In this document: in pieces, positions 38,756-52,282 of the stretch
How the letters are laid out: each line of letters begins with the position of its first letter
How positions within the stretch are numbered: the stretch's first letter is position 1
Source of the DNA: Eledone cirrhosa
Taxonomy: Eukaryota
DNA: 64,000 bases
Reading direction: 5' to 3'
NCBI GenBank assembly: GCA_964016885.1
Contig: OZ024766.1
Span: forward strand, 15,872,001-15,936,000
Position numbers and translations under genes: made by a program
The notes under the pieces: generated by a model
What the model was told of the DNA's origin: nothing
The model's database searches: none
The model's input: only the letters and a program-made list of their open reading frames with translations

Positions 38756-40705
38756 ATGGAAAATAAATTGAGTGAAAAGAAGATTAAATGTGAAACAATG
38801 TCTAAAGATATGGCTATTACAGAAGAGATGTCAAAGGATAGAGGAGAGAAGCCATATCACTGTGATGTTTGTGGTAAATCATTCTCTGAAAGTAGTAAAT
38901 TAACTAGTCACAAACGTATACATACAGTAGAGAAGCCATATCACTGTGATATCTGTGGTAAATCATTCTTTGTTAATGGTAATTTAACAAGCCACAAACG
39001 TACACATACAGTAGAGAAACCATATCACTGTGATGTCTGTGGTAAATCATTCCTTGATAATAGTAAATTAACTAGCCACATGCGTATACATAGAGGTGAG
39101 AAACCATATCACTGTGATATCTGTGGTAAATCATTCTCTGAAAGTGGTCACTTAACTAGCCACAAACGTATACATACAGGAGAGATGCCATATCACTGTG
39201 ATATCTGTGGTAAATCATATTCTCAGAGTAATGCCTTAACAAGCCACAAACGTATACATACAGGAGACAAGCCATATCACTGTGATATCTGTGGTCAATC
39301 ATTCTCTCGAAGTGGTACCTTAACTAGCCACAAACGTATACATACAGGAGAGAAGCCATACCACTGTGATATCTGTGGTAAATCATTCTATGATAGTAGT
39401 ACCTTAACTAGCCACAAACGTATACATACAGGAGAGAAGCCATATCACTGTGATATCTGTGGTAAATCATTCTTTGTTAATGGTAATTTAAATAGCCACA
39501 TGCGTATACATACAGGAGAGAAGCCATATCACTGTGATATCTGTGGTAAATCATTCTTTGTTAATGGTAATTTAAATAGCCACATGCGTATACATACAGG
39601 AGAGAAGCCATATCACTGTGATATCTGTGGTAAATCATTCTCTGTAAGTGGTAACTTAACTAGCCACAAACGTATACATACAGGAGAGATGCCATATCAC
39701 TGTGATATCTGTGGTAAATCATTCTCTGTAAGTGGTAACTTAACTAGCCACAAACGTATACATACAGGAGAGATGCCATATCACTGTGATATCTGTGGTA
39801 AATCATATTCTCGGAGTAATGCCTTAACAAGCCACAAACGTATACATACAGGAGACAAGCCATATCACTGTGATATCTGTGGTCAATCATTCTCTCGAAG
39901 TGGTACCTTAACTAGCCACAAACGTATACATACAGGAGAGAAGCCATACCACTGTGATATCTGTGGTAAATCATTCTTTGTTAATGGTAATTTAAATAGC
40001 CACATGCGTATACATACAGGTGAGAAGCCATATCACTGTGATATCTGTGGTAAATCATATTCTCACAGTAATGCCTTAACTAGCCACAAACGTATCCATA
40101 CAGGAGACAAGCCATATCGCTGTGATATCTGTGGTAAATCATTCTCTCGAAGAAGTTACTTAACTGAGCACTTACGTATCCATACAGGAGACAAGCCATA
40201 TCACTGTGATATCTGTGGTCAATCATTCTCTCGAAGTGGTACCTTAACTAGCCACAAACGTATACATACAGGAGAGAAGCCATACCACTGTGATATCTGT
40301 GGTAAATCATTCTATGATAGTAGTACCTTAACTAGCCACAAACGTATACATACAGGAGAGAAGCCATATCACTGTGATATCTGTGGTAAATCATTCTTTG
40401 AAAATAGTAAATTAACTAGTCACAAACGTACACATACGGGAGAGAAGCCATATCACTGTGATATCTGTGGTAAATCATTCTCTGAAAGTAGTACCTTAAC
40501 TAGCCACAAACGTATCCATACAGGAGAGAAGCCATATCGCTGTGATATCTGTGGTAAATCATTCTCTCAAAGTAGTCCCTTAACTCAACACTTACGTATC
40601 CATACAGGTGAGAAGCCACATCACTGTGATATCTGTGGTAAATCATTCTCTCAATTAAGTAATTTAACTAAACACAAAAATACCCATACAGGTAAGAAAC
40701 CATAA
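38756..40705 (+). CDS. C2H2 zinc-finger protein, 649 aa, 22 fingers
   Basis: Intact ORF. Its finger set is a reshuffled version of the 19187 gene. Confidence 0.95.
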   Translation: MENKLSEKKIKCETMSKDMAITEEMSKDRGEKPYHCDVCGKSFSESSKLTSHKRIHTVEKPYHCDICGKSFFVNGNLTSHKRTHTVEKPYHCDVCGKSFLDNSKLTSHMRIHRGEKPYHCDICGKSFSESGHLTSHKRIHTGEMPYHCDICGKSYSQSNALTSHKRIHTGDKPYHCDICGQSFSRSGTLTSHKRIHTGEKPYHCDICGKSFYDSSTLTSHKRIHTGEKPYHCDICGKSFFVNGNLNSHMRIHTGEKPYHCDICGKSFFVNGNLNSHMRIHTGEKPYHCDICGKSFSVSGNLTSHKRIHTGEMPYHCDICGKSFSVSGNLTSHKRIHTGEMPYHCDICGKSYSRSNALTSHKRIHTGDKPYHCDICGQSFSRSGTLTSHKRIHTGEKPYHCDICGKSFFVNGNLNSHMRIHTGEKPYHCDICGKSYSHSNALTSHKRIHTGDKPYRCDICGKSFSRRSYLTEHLRIHTGDKPYHCDICGQSFSRSGTLTSHKRIHTGEKPYHCDICGKSFYDSSTLTSHKRIHTGEKPYHCDICGKSFFENSKLTSHKRTHTGEKPYHCDICGKSFSESSTLTSHKRIHTGEKPYRCDICGKSFSQSSPLTQHLRIHTGEKPHHCDICGKSFSQLSNLTKHKNTHTGKKP

Positions 40706-42108
40706 CAAAGTCATATCTCATTGTCTCAAAATTGTAAATTAATTAGAAACAAATACATTCATATGAGTGAGAAGCCATACCACTGTGATATTGTGGAGAA
40801 ATTATTCTCTTGTATTGCTACATTAACTACATACAAACATAAATATATACTGGAGAAAAGCCATATTACAGTGATATCTGTGGAAATTGTTATCTATAAA
40901 AGCTAGCTTAACTAGACACAAACATATATATACAGGAGAGAAACTATATCACTGTGATATCTGTGGGAAATCATTCTCTGAAATAAGTCACTTCACTCAG
41001 CACTAACATTTACAGAAAAGGAACCATATCATTGTGATATCTGCAGTAAATCATTCTCTAAATGTGGCTTCACTAGACACTAACATATACAGGAGAGGAA
41101 CTATATCACTGTGATGTCTGTGGTAAATCCTTCTCTAAATGTTGAGAATTCCCTACACACTAACATATACAGGAGAGGAACCATATCACTGTGTTGTCTG
41201 TGGTAAATCATTTTCTAAATGTTGTGGTACCAACATAAGGTTACTTAATGTAACAGAAACACAATCAGACAAGATAAAAACCATATCACTCACCCAAAAT
41301 AGTGCCACCAATGTTGTTAATGTTTTGAATAAAACTTGTTTGTTCTGAAATTATTCTCCTCTCATTTTATTAGTAGAAGTTGTAACCAAGACTTATGCTG
41401 ACAAATCTGTATGGTACAGAATTTACAAACACTGTATATATATATATATGTGCCAAAACATCTATGATCTCGGTTTACAGCTGATGAAGGGTTTATTTTC
41501 TCCTTTCATCCATATTACCATCTCAAACTTTGTTTACAGTAACCACACAGCTCCTTTCGTTTCTTAGAATTTTATATATATATATATAACAAAGGAGATG
41601 TGGTAAAGAACCAGATGGACCATATACACACCAGAGTACTCAATACTTACGGTAGTAGAGCGGGTAATAGGTAAATGTTTAACCCCGACGGCAGAGCTCA
41701 AACCGTTTCGACGGCTATTTCTGGAAACAGTCCAGACATAACCGTCGAAATGGCTTGAGCTCTGCCGTCAGGGTTAAAGGTTTTCCTATATATATATATG
41801 TATGAGTGTATATTTCAGTGTGTAGAAATTTCTGTCCATGAAAATGATTATCTTTATTTGTGTATATGTGTATATGTGTATATGTATATGTATGTTTATA
41901 TGTGTTCTTATATACATGTGTGCACATCTTGAAATATTTTCAGTGTCTGTTCTAGTTCTCAGAGTACAAATCCCACTGAGGTAAAGTTGCTTCGATATTT
42001 TGAGGTCAATAAATGAAATACCAGTGAAATACTGGGGTGGTTAATTCCTCTTCTTTGTCATTGTCTGTTTGTCTACTCATCTCTTTCTCTGTATATATAT
42101 ATATATAT

Positions 42109-42302
42109 CCAAAATTAAGATAAATTAAAATAAAATTAATGTAAATCAAATTATGGGTGTCATGCCAGAAAGACAGGCGCCATATCACTCGTAAAATAAG
42201 CTCCATGGAGCTTATTTTATGGGTGATATGGTGCATGTCTTTCTGGCATGACACCCATAATTTGATATAGAATAATTTTATTTTAATTTATCTTAATTTT
42301 GG
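42109..42302. mobile_element. Palindromic MITE-like element A
   Basis: Copy of 22630-22823. Confidence 0.82.
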
Positions 42303-42767
42303 ATACATATATATATATAAGTACGGCCCCTTAATTGTAGAGCTAACTCTGTTGAAAGGACCTGACTGCTGTTTCTAGTTGTCAATAACTCTATTCACGC
42401 CACTGGGACAAAGCTGGTATGATGTGTGTATTTTTAGTAGATACAGCACGTGTTACTGGTCAGTCGCTGATTTGAACTTGATGCGTAAACACAGATGGTT
42501 GGACTTCTTCCTGGTTGAGAATCCAAGATCTGGCTACTGTCGTTTACCAATCGATTAATTGGTGAAATATATTTCTTTAATGGAATATATACAAGGAAGA
42601 TTTATCATTTTCTAAGGTATCTATTTTTGAAGTTCTAGTTAAACTTTATTTAGTTACCTACCTAGCAATGTGTGCTTACACACTTTTACAAATTATCCCC
42701 TGTGATTGTTTCATATGTTTATTTATATTTCAATCAATTTCTAGTTGATATATATATATATATATAT

Positions 42768-43053
42768 CAGTTCAATTCTCAGACCGGGTGATGTGTTGTT
42801 TCCTTGAGCAAGACACTTTATTTCACATTGCTCCAGTTTACTCAGCTGTAGAAATGAAATGATAGGGACTGGGGTCCCTATCATTCCACTTTAAAGTGGT
42901 CGTGGAGGTGCCACGGCAAAAAAGCACCCAGCACTCACTGTAAATGAGGTTGGTGTTAGGAAGGGCATCCAGCTGTAGAATTCAAGCCAGAATCAGTTCC
43001 CGTCTCACCCTTGCAAGCAGGGAAAAGTGGACGTAAAATGAAATGATGATGAT
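42768..43053 (+). mobile_element. Duplicate of the CORE-like SINE insertion
   Basis: Near-identical to 23289-23574, at the same position in the unit. Confidence 0.8.
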
Positions 43054-44014
43054 ATATATATATATATACACGTGGAAAAGTAAAATATAGCAGAACAGAC
43101 CGTTAAAAGATGTTTATTTAAAATAGCAACTATGTACATTTCACCTGGATGGGCTTCTCAAGGGTATAAATAACTAAAAAGTGTTCCTTACATGGCCCAG
43201 AATGTGTTTTTAGAGATAAGTTCACGTCAGAGTTCATTCTACGCGAAAAAGCGTGTTTTGATTTTGCAGTAGGTCAAGGGAGGTAATTCTAGCTGGTGTT
43301 AGGGCAGTCTTTCCCGGAAAATTTTTTTATCTGTTAAAAGATATGGTTACAACCCTACCATTGTCGATACGCACAGGGTCAGGTATGCAACGTTTGTTTG
43401 CTGCACCTGCCCGCCTGGGTCACTTGAAGCCATGTCTGGGATACATGGTTAGTTTCATGATTTTTTTTGCAGCACCTGCTATATATATATATATGAGCGA
43501 GACACGGTCACCCGACCTAACTTGCTTCTAAATACGACAAACCCGTCCAACCCATGCTAGCATGGAAGATAGATAATAATCGATGATGATGATATCTAGG
43601 GATTGTAACATTACCACAACAGAAGTCTGACAAGCTTTTGATTCCAGAGTCAGGCTAGATCAATACAGATCAAACCTTGAGCTGATCGATAGCAAAACGT
43701 GCTTCACTGCTCAATAAATGTAATGAAGACATGACAAATTGTCCTCTCGCTCCCTCTCTCTATATATAGAGAAAAGGTGAAGTTAGAAATAGCACGGAAA
43801 ATATATTTTAGGGCCTGTTTTATGTTATATATCTTTTGATTCGTTAAAGTGACCCTATTGAAAAAATGGGAGAGACATCATCATTCATCATCATTTCATT
43901 TCACGTCCACATTTTCCCTGCTTGCAAGGGTGGTACGGGAACTGATTGTGGCTTGATTTCTAAAGATGTATGCCCTTCCTAACGCCAACCTCATTTACAG
44001 TGAGTGCTGGGTGC

Positions 44015-46172
44015 TGTCATGTTGAATGTTTTTTATGTTGTGGTAGGCATATTTTCGGCCATCCACCAGTCAAGGTTTATTTTCATCCACAAACTTACGC
44101 AACACTTCAATATCATGGTTTGTCTCCGGAAAAAGTGATTGTATTAACTCAATTTCTTCTGGCTCTGGCATCCTACATTGCTATTCATTGTTGGAATTCA
44201 ATGGGACAGGTTGCAAAGAGGTTGATTGTAAATCTTGGAGGTAGATTCCACATAAATATTGCTATAACGTCTTTGGGCTAGGTGTAGATAGTCGTCTGAC
44301 ATATTGTATTTGTGCTCCTGCCAGGGTAGATAAGATTTATTCCACATGCTGTGAGTATAGTAGCAAACAACTGTCTTATTTAACTGGCTACTCTAGTGAC
44401 TGCTCCTTCTAGTACCTTCTCCCAATGTCAGTTGTCATACAGGTGTCCATGGCTGTCTTATTTAACAGGCTACTCCAGTGACTGCTCCTTCTAGTCTCTT
44501 CTTCCAATGTCAGTTGTCATACAGGTGTCCATGGCTGTCTTATTTAACTGGCTACTCCAGTGACTGCCCCTTCTAGTCTATTCTTCCAATGTCAGTTGTC
44601 ATACAGGTGTCCATGGCTGTCTTATTTAACTGGCTACTCCAGTGACTGCTCCTTCTAGTCTCTTCTTCCAATGTCAGTTGTGATACAGGTGTCCATGGCT
44701 GACTTATTTAACTGGCTACTCCAGTGACTGCTCCTTCTAATCTCTTCTTCCAATGTCAGTTGTCATACAGGAGTCCATGGCTGTCTTATTTAACTGGCTA
44801 CTCCAGTGACTGCTCCTTCTAGTCCCTTCTTCCAATGTCAGTTGTCATACAGGTGTCCATGGCTGTCTTGTTTAACTGGCTACTCCAGTGACTGCTCCTT
44901 CTAGTCTCTTCTTCCAATGTCAGTTGTCATACAGGTGTCCATGGCTGTCTTATTTAACTGGCTACTCCAGTGACTGCTCCTTCTAGTCTCTTCTTCCAAT
45001 GTCAATTGTCATACAGGAGTCCATGACTGTTTTATTTAACTGGCCACTCCAGTGACTGCTCCTTCTAGTCTCTTCTTCCAATGTCAGTTGTGATACAGGT
45101 GTCCATGGCTGACTTATTTAACTGGCTACTCCAGTGACTGCTCCTTCTAATCTCTTCTTCCAATGTCAGTTGTCATACAGGAGTCCATGGCTGTCTTATT
45201 TAACTGGCTACTCCAGTGTCTGCTCCTTCTAGTCCCTTCTTCCAATGTCAGTTGTCATACAGGTGTCCATGGCTATCTTATTTAACTGGCTACTCCAGTG
45301 TCTGCTCCTTCTAGTCTCTTCTTCCAATGTCAGTTGTCATACAGGTGTCCATGGCTGTCTTATTTAACTGGCTACTCCAGTGACTGCTCCTTCTAGTCTC
45401 TTCTTCCAATGTCAATTGTCATACAGGTGTCCATGGCCATCTTATTTAACTGGCTACTACAGTGACTACTCCTTCTAGACCCTTCTTCCAATGTCAGTTG
45501 TCATACAGGATTCCATGGCTGTCTTATTTAACTGGCTACTCCAGTGACTGCTCCTTCTCGTCTCTTCTTCCAATGTCAGTTGTCATACGGGTGTCCATGG
45601 CTGTCTTATTTAACTGGCTACTACAGTGACTGCTCCTTCTAGTCCCTTCTTCCAATGTCAGTTGTCATACAGGAGTCCATGGCTGTCTTATTTAACTGGC
45701 TACTCCAGTGACTGCCCCTTCTTGTCTCTTCTTCCAATGTCAATTGCCATGCAGGAGTTGATGTTCTTTAAATGCTTCTTGATATGTGCTGCACTCTTCC
45801 TCCAAATCACCTGAGATCCTCAAATGACGTTGGTCCTTGAACAATAAGCAGAAGTGGCTGTAAATAAAAACTCTCTCTGTTGTTGGGGTGGTCATTGTAA
45901 ACATGCCCAATAGCATCACTTGCCTTGACTTCATCACCTTCCACTAAATGACCCTGCTTCCTTTGATTCCAAGTCTTACGATTGGTCCAGGTGTAGTATT
46001 TTGGGATGTCAGCATATAGGAGGGATCGAAGAAATTCTTTATTCTGGCAGAGTTTCAAAAAAGCAGTTAGAGTAGTGTCAGGTGGTGCTGGTGTCAACTG
46101 ATGAGAAGTGGTTTCAGTGAAGTACACACTCTGTCCATTTTCTATATGTATAGAGATAAGGATGAAAAGCAA
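44015..46172 (-). mobile_element. Degenerate Helitron RepHel fragment with an expanded internal 82-bp array
   Basis: ORF 45807..46172. Confidence 0.85.
44371..45741. repeat. 82-bp tandem repeat, ~16.7 copies
   Basis: Same unit; the order of variant units resembles the 24894 array. Confidence 0.97.
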
Positions 46173-49143
46173 AGTTAATCCCTCAGAGGTTACCTTTGCC
46201 TTTCATCCCTACGGGGTCGATAAAATAAAGTACCAGTAATGTACTGGTGTATTTGCTGGCCTTGTACCTAAAGTGGAAACAATTATTACGGGGTCGATAA
46301 AATAAAGTACCAGTAATACAATATGGCAATTGCTGGCCTTGTGCCAAAAGTAGAAACAATTATCACATTTCTTTTTAATAAATCACATCACTATAGAATT
46401 AAATACGACTGGAACTGTGTCTCAAGGTATTAAATTATGTCAGGGACTTTTAACGTTTGACACCGTACGAGAGTTGAAACATTCGCTAAGACACCGAGTA
46501 CCTGCTGTCTTCATTATAACTTTAATTAATCTAATTATATCTTGTGTAACAATTATATATATATACAGACACACAATTTTAATTCCCCGACATCAGTCTT
46601 ACACTGTCATATATATTCTTACTTTACAATTGTGTCTACTAAGAGTTCCATTACAATCTGTAGTAGTAAAACTACTATTTCACCAGAACATCTGCTCTCA
46701 GTCATTTATAGACAATATATATATTTTAGACCACATATAAACCTAATATATTTCCTATCAAATCTGTAGCTTAAGACATAAAGTCAGCCTCACTACTTCA
46801 TTCTGACAAGATATCAATTTATGACTAAAGATGAAGAAGATACACCAACGTTAATGTCGTGAAATAAAGCTGATAACATTGGAACTTCTAATTTGATAAC
46901 AAAGAGATTATTTCTTTGGTTGTTTAGTAACAACTAACAACACAATACATTGATTATATGTGAAGGAGGTAAGTTGACAAAGATTTACTTAATGTCTATA
47001 TTAATGTGTTTAAATAATATAATTATTTTAACCCTACAACGCACCTGTAATTAACCAGATTCCACTGTTACATGTGATATAAAATATATTGTTATGACTG
47101 TCTTTATTATTTAAATTACCTCCGTCTATTTAATTATCTTGTTCACTACCTTACATTATAAAATATAGTTTATATTTAGCGATACCTTCTTATTGCTTTA
47201 AGTAAGTTAAAGATATATTTATTATTTAAATTACCTCCGTCTATTTAATTATCTTGTTCACTACCTTACATTATAAAATATAGTTTATATTTAGCTGTAC
47301 CTTGTTGTTGCTTTAAGTAAATTAATATTTTGTCTAGTTTAGTCTAAATCTCTTACAATTTAATTAACTTCATCTACTTATGGTTGAACATTACTTTATT
47401 GTGGGTTTCATTTCATTATAATTATGTCTGATTAGCCAGCCAAGTAGGGGTTGAGTATCTGTATTTCAGGGAACTGCTTTGATGGTGAAGGGACATCTGT
47501 TGGTGTGGGATCTCGGTGGCTGTACATACTAAGGTTCTAATACTCTAAAGAGCTAGCTGAATAACCGTCTGATACATGTCTTGTATACAGGATCATAAAG
47601 CCATGTATAGAAGAGCAGTCAGCAATGTCAGGATTAACATTCATAGTGAAGTGGCAGTATCGGTAGGGAGTCGGACACCATGCTTTTAAGCACAGAGTTA
47701 CGTCCCTTTATGATCTGAGTTCAAATCCCGCCGAGGTTAACTTTGCCAATCATCCTTATGGGGTCGATAAAATAAAGTACCAGTAATGTACTGGGTAATT
47801 GCTGGCCTTGTGTTTAAAATAGAAACAATTATAGTGAATAATTTGGAGTGTAGTCTGGTGTCCACCAGGGCTCTGTTCTTAGCCCTCACTTAGTTATTAT
47901 CGCCCTGCAGCCTATAACAGAGATGTTTAAGACTGGCTGCCCATGGTAACTCTTGTATGCACAGCAGGTCCTGAAGAATGCGATCATATGCATTTTCAAG
48001 GTCTGTAAAACGATAATATATACCTCTTGGCAATACTCCCACGATTTCTCAAAACCTGCCACAGTGTGAATATTTGGTGGGTTATGTTGCACCCAGGGAG
48101 AAAACAGCACTGTCCATCAGCTAGCTTGGACTCGCTACATCACTTTGCCAGAAACTTAGCATATACTTTACCAGGGAGTCTTAACAAGGTGATCCCTCTC
48201 TATTTGGAACAATCTCTCGTGTCTCCCTTTTTATAAATTGGGATTATCACTCCCGATTGCCTTTGCTTCAGTGCCATTTCAGAGACCCAGGCCATCTGAC
48301 ACACATGAGTCGGTCATATTTGAGCTCTTTAATTGCTCTTGTGACCTCAGCCTCCGAGAGATTAGTCACCGCTATCAGATTCACCTCATGTACATCCGAA
48401 GATGCTGTTGTGATCGGGTTTAGGAGATCAGAACAGTATTCTCTCCACCTCATGAGAAGAGAAACCCAGATGCACTCATGGTTGCAGGTGTGGAGGAAGA
48501 TTTCTTGTAACTAATTAAAAACTAAAATAATTTGATTTTTCAATAAAAAGTTTCCAGGGTTTATAGATGTAAAATTTCCACTGTTAAATCTATCTCTGCT
48601 TCTTAAGTATTCTCTATTATCTGATACTGTTTTGTTTTCATTTCAGAATATCAGATGACATTGGGATAAATTATTATTTTCAATCTTGGATACATCACCT
48701 CTATTTATCATCATTTGAAGATTAAAACTTTTTAAACAGAACTTATATAACACTGTTTATATAAATCTATCAGAATTACTGTGAAAATAATTATTTTCAA
48801 TCTTGGATACATCACCGCTATTTATCATCATTTGAAGATTAAAACTTTTTAAACAGAACTTATATAACACTGTTTATATAAATCTATCAGAATTACTGTC
48901 ATATATTTCCTCAGAACTGAGTTTAAAGACAACATTCCTTTTCTTCACTGTGTGGTATATATATGAGAGATATATTTTGTATTTTAACTCAACTTCAATG
49001 ACAAAGAAGTTTGCATCATCTTCAGATATTAACTGAGATCATAATTGAGGGAAATATAACGGAAGAAATATTTTTTAGGAATATAATATAAAAAATATTA
49101 AAGAAGAACATCTGTAAATTCTGCCAAGGGAAGAAGAATTATT

Positions 49144-50142
49144 ATGGAAAATATATTGAGTGAAAAGAAAATTAAATGTGAAACAATGTCTAAAGATATG
49201 GCTATTACAGAAGAGATGTCAAAGGATAGAGGAGAGAAGCCATATCACTGTGATATCTGTGGTAAATCATTCTCTGTGAGTAGTAAATTAACTAGTCACA
49301 AACGTACCCATACAGGAGAGAAGCAATACCACTGTGATATCTGTGTTAAATCATTCTCTCAAAGTAGTATATTAACTAGCCACAAACGTATACATACAGG
49401 TGACAAACCATATCACTGTGATATCTGTGGTAAATCATTCTCTCAAAGTAGTACCTTAACTAGACACAAACGTATACATACAGTAGAGAAGCCATATCAC
49501 TGTGATATCTGTGGTAAATCATTCTTTGTTAATGGTAATTTAACAAGCCACAAACGTACACATACGGGAGAGAAGCCATACCACTGTGATGTCTGTGGTA
49601 AATCATTCTCTCAAAGTAGTAATTTAACTAGCCACATACGTATACATACAGGTGAGAAACAACATCACTGTGATATCTGTGGTAAATCATTCTCTCAAGG
49701 TGGTCACTTAACTGGCCACAAACGGACACATACAGGTGAGAAGCCATATCGCTGTGATATCTGTGGTAAATCATTCTCTGACAGTGGTACCTTAACTAGC
49801 CACAAACGTACCCATACAGGAGACAAACCATATCACTGTGATATCTGTGGTAAATCATTCTCTCAAAGTAGTATATTAACTAACCACATGCATATACATA
49901 CAGGTGAGAAACCATATCGCTGTGATATCTGTGGTAAATCATTCTCTCTAAGTAGTATATTAACTTTTCACATACGTACCCATACAGGTGACAAACCATA
50001 TCACTGTGATATCTGTGGTAAATCATTCTCTGAAAGTTGTAACTTAACTAGACACAAACGTATACATACAGTAGAGAAGCCATATCACTGTGATATCTGT
50101 GGTAGATCATTGTCTAAATGTTGTATCTTCACTAGACACTAA
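49144..50142 (+). CDS. C2H2 zinc-finger protein, 332 aa, 10 complete fingers plus a hybrid truncated finger
   Basis: The ORF ends [14 protein letters not shown], which is sequence of the degenerate 3' UTR finger type. Confidence 0.9.
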   Translation: MENILSEKKIKCETMSKDMAITEEMSKDRGEKPYHCDICGKSFSVSSKLTSHKRTHTGEKQYHCDICVKSFSQSSILTSHKRIHTGDKPYHCDICGKSFSQSSTLTRHKRIHTVEKPYHCDICGKSFFVNGNLTSHKRTHTGEKPYHCDVCGKSFSQSSNLTSHIRIHTGEKQHHCDICGKSFSQGGHLTGHKRTHTGEKPYRCDICGKSFSDSGTLTSHKRTHTGDKPYHCDICGKSFSQSSILTNHMHIHTGEKPYRCDICGKSFSLSSILTFHIRTHTGDKPYHCDICGKSFSESCNLTRHKRIHTVEKPYHCDICGRSLSKCCIFTRH

Positions 50143-52282
50143 CATATACAGGAGAGGAACCATATAATTGTGATGTCTGTGGTAAATCTTTTTCTAAATG
50201 TTGTGGTACCAACATAAGGTTACTTAATGTAACACAAACACAATCAGACAAGATAAAAACTATGTCACTCACCCAAAATAGTGCCACCAATGTTGTTAAT
50301 GTTTTGAATAAAACTTGTTTGTTCTGAAATTATTCTCCTTTCATTTTATTTGTAGAAGTTGTAACCAAGACTTATGCTGAGAAATCTGTATGTTACAGAA
50401 TTTACAAACACTGTATATATATATATATATGTGCCAAAACATCTATGATCTCGGTTTACAGCTGATGAAGGGTTTATTTTCTCCTTTCATCCATATTACC
50501 ATCTCAAACTTTGTTTAAAGTAACCACACAGCTCCTTTCGTTTCTTATAATTTTATATATATATAACAAAGGAGGTGTGGTAAAGAACCAGATGGACCAT
50601 ATACGCACCAGAGTACTCAATACTTAGGGTAGTAGAGCGGGTAATAGGAAAATGTTTAACCCCGATGGCAGAGCTCAAGCCGTTTCGACGGCAATTTCTG
50701 GAAACAGTCCAGAAATAACCGTCGAAATGGCTTGAGCTCTGCCGTCGGGGTTAAACATTTTCCCATATATATATATATATATATATGTATGAGTGTATAT
50801 GTCAGTGAGTAGAAATATCTGTCCATGAAAATGATTATCTTTATTTGTGTATATATGTGTGTGTATGTGTATATGTATGTTTATAGGTGTTCTTATATAC
50901 ATGTGTGCACATATATATAAATACGGCCTCTTAATTGTAGAGCTGTTGAAAGAACCTGACTGCGGTTTCTAGTTGTCAATAACCCTATTCACGCCACTGG
51001 GACGAAGCTGGTATGATGTGTGTATTTTTAGTAGATACAGCACGTGTTACTGGTCAGTCGCTGATTTGAACTTGATACGTAAACACAGATGGTTGGACTT
51101 CTTCCTGGTTGAGAATCCAAGATCTGGCTACTGTCGTTTACCAATCGATTAATTGGTGAAATATATTTCTTTAATGGAATATATACAAGGAAGATTAATC
51201 ATTTTCTAAGGTATCTATTTTTGAAGTTCTAGTTAAACTTTATTTAGTTACCTACCTAGCTATGTGTGCTTACACACTTTTACAAATTATCCCCTGTGAT
51301 TGTTTCATATGTTTATTTATATGTCAATCAATTTCTAGTTGATATATATATATATATATATACGTGGAAAAGTAAAATATAGCAGAATAGACCGTTAAAA
51401 GATGTACGTTTCACCTGGATGGGCTTCTCAAGGGTATAAATAACTAAAAAGTGTTCCTTACATGGCCCAGAATGTGTTTTTAGAGATAAGTTCACGTCAG
51501 AGTTCATTCTTCGCAAAAAAGCGATGTTGCAGTAGGTCAAGGGAGGTAACTCTAGCTGGTGTTAGGGCAGTCTTTCCCGGAAAATTTTTTTATCTGTTAA
51601 AAGATATGGTTACAACCCTACCATTGTCGATACGCACAGGGTCAGGTATGCAACGTTTGTTTGCTGCACCTGCCCGCCTGGGTCACTTGAAGCCATGTCT
51701 GGGATGCATGGTTAGTTTCCGGATTTTTTTTGCAGCGCCTGCTATATATATATATATATATGAGCGAGACACAGTCACCCGACCTAACTTGCTTCTAAAT
51801 ACGACAAACCCGTCCAACCCATGCTAGCATGGAAGATAGACATTAATCGATGATGATGATATCTAGGGATTGTAACATTACCACCACAGAAGTCTGACAA
51901 GCTTTTAATTCCAGAGTCAGGCTAGATCAATACAGATCAAACCTTGAGCTGATCGATAGCAAAACGTGCTTCACTGCTCAATAAATGTAATGAAGACATG
52001 ACAAATTGTCCTCTCGCTCCCTCTCTCTCTATATAGAGAAAAGGTGAAGTTAGAAATAGCACGGAAAATATATTTTAGGGCCTGTTTTTCTGTTATATAT
52101 CTTTTGATTCGTTAAAGTGACCCTATTGAAAAAATGGGAGGGACATCATCATTCATCATCATTTCATTTCACGTCCACTTTTTCCCTGCTTGCAAGGGTG
52201 GTACGGGAACTGATTGTGGCTTGATTTCTAAAGCTGGATGCCCTTCCTAACGCCAACCTCATTTACAGTGAGTCCTGGGTGC

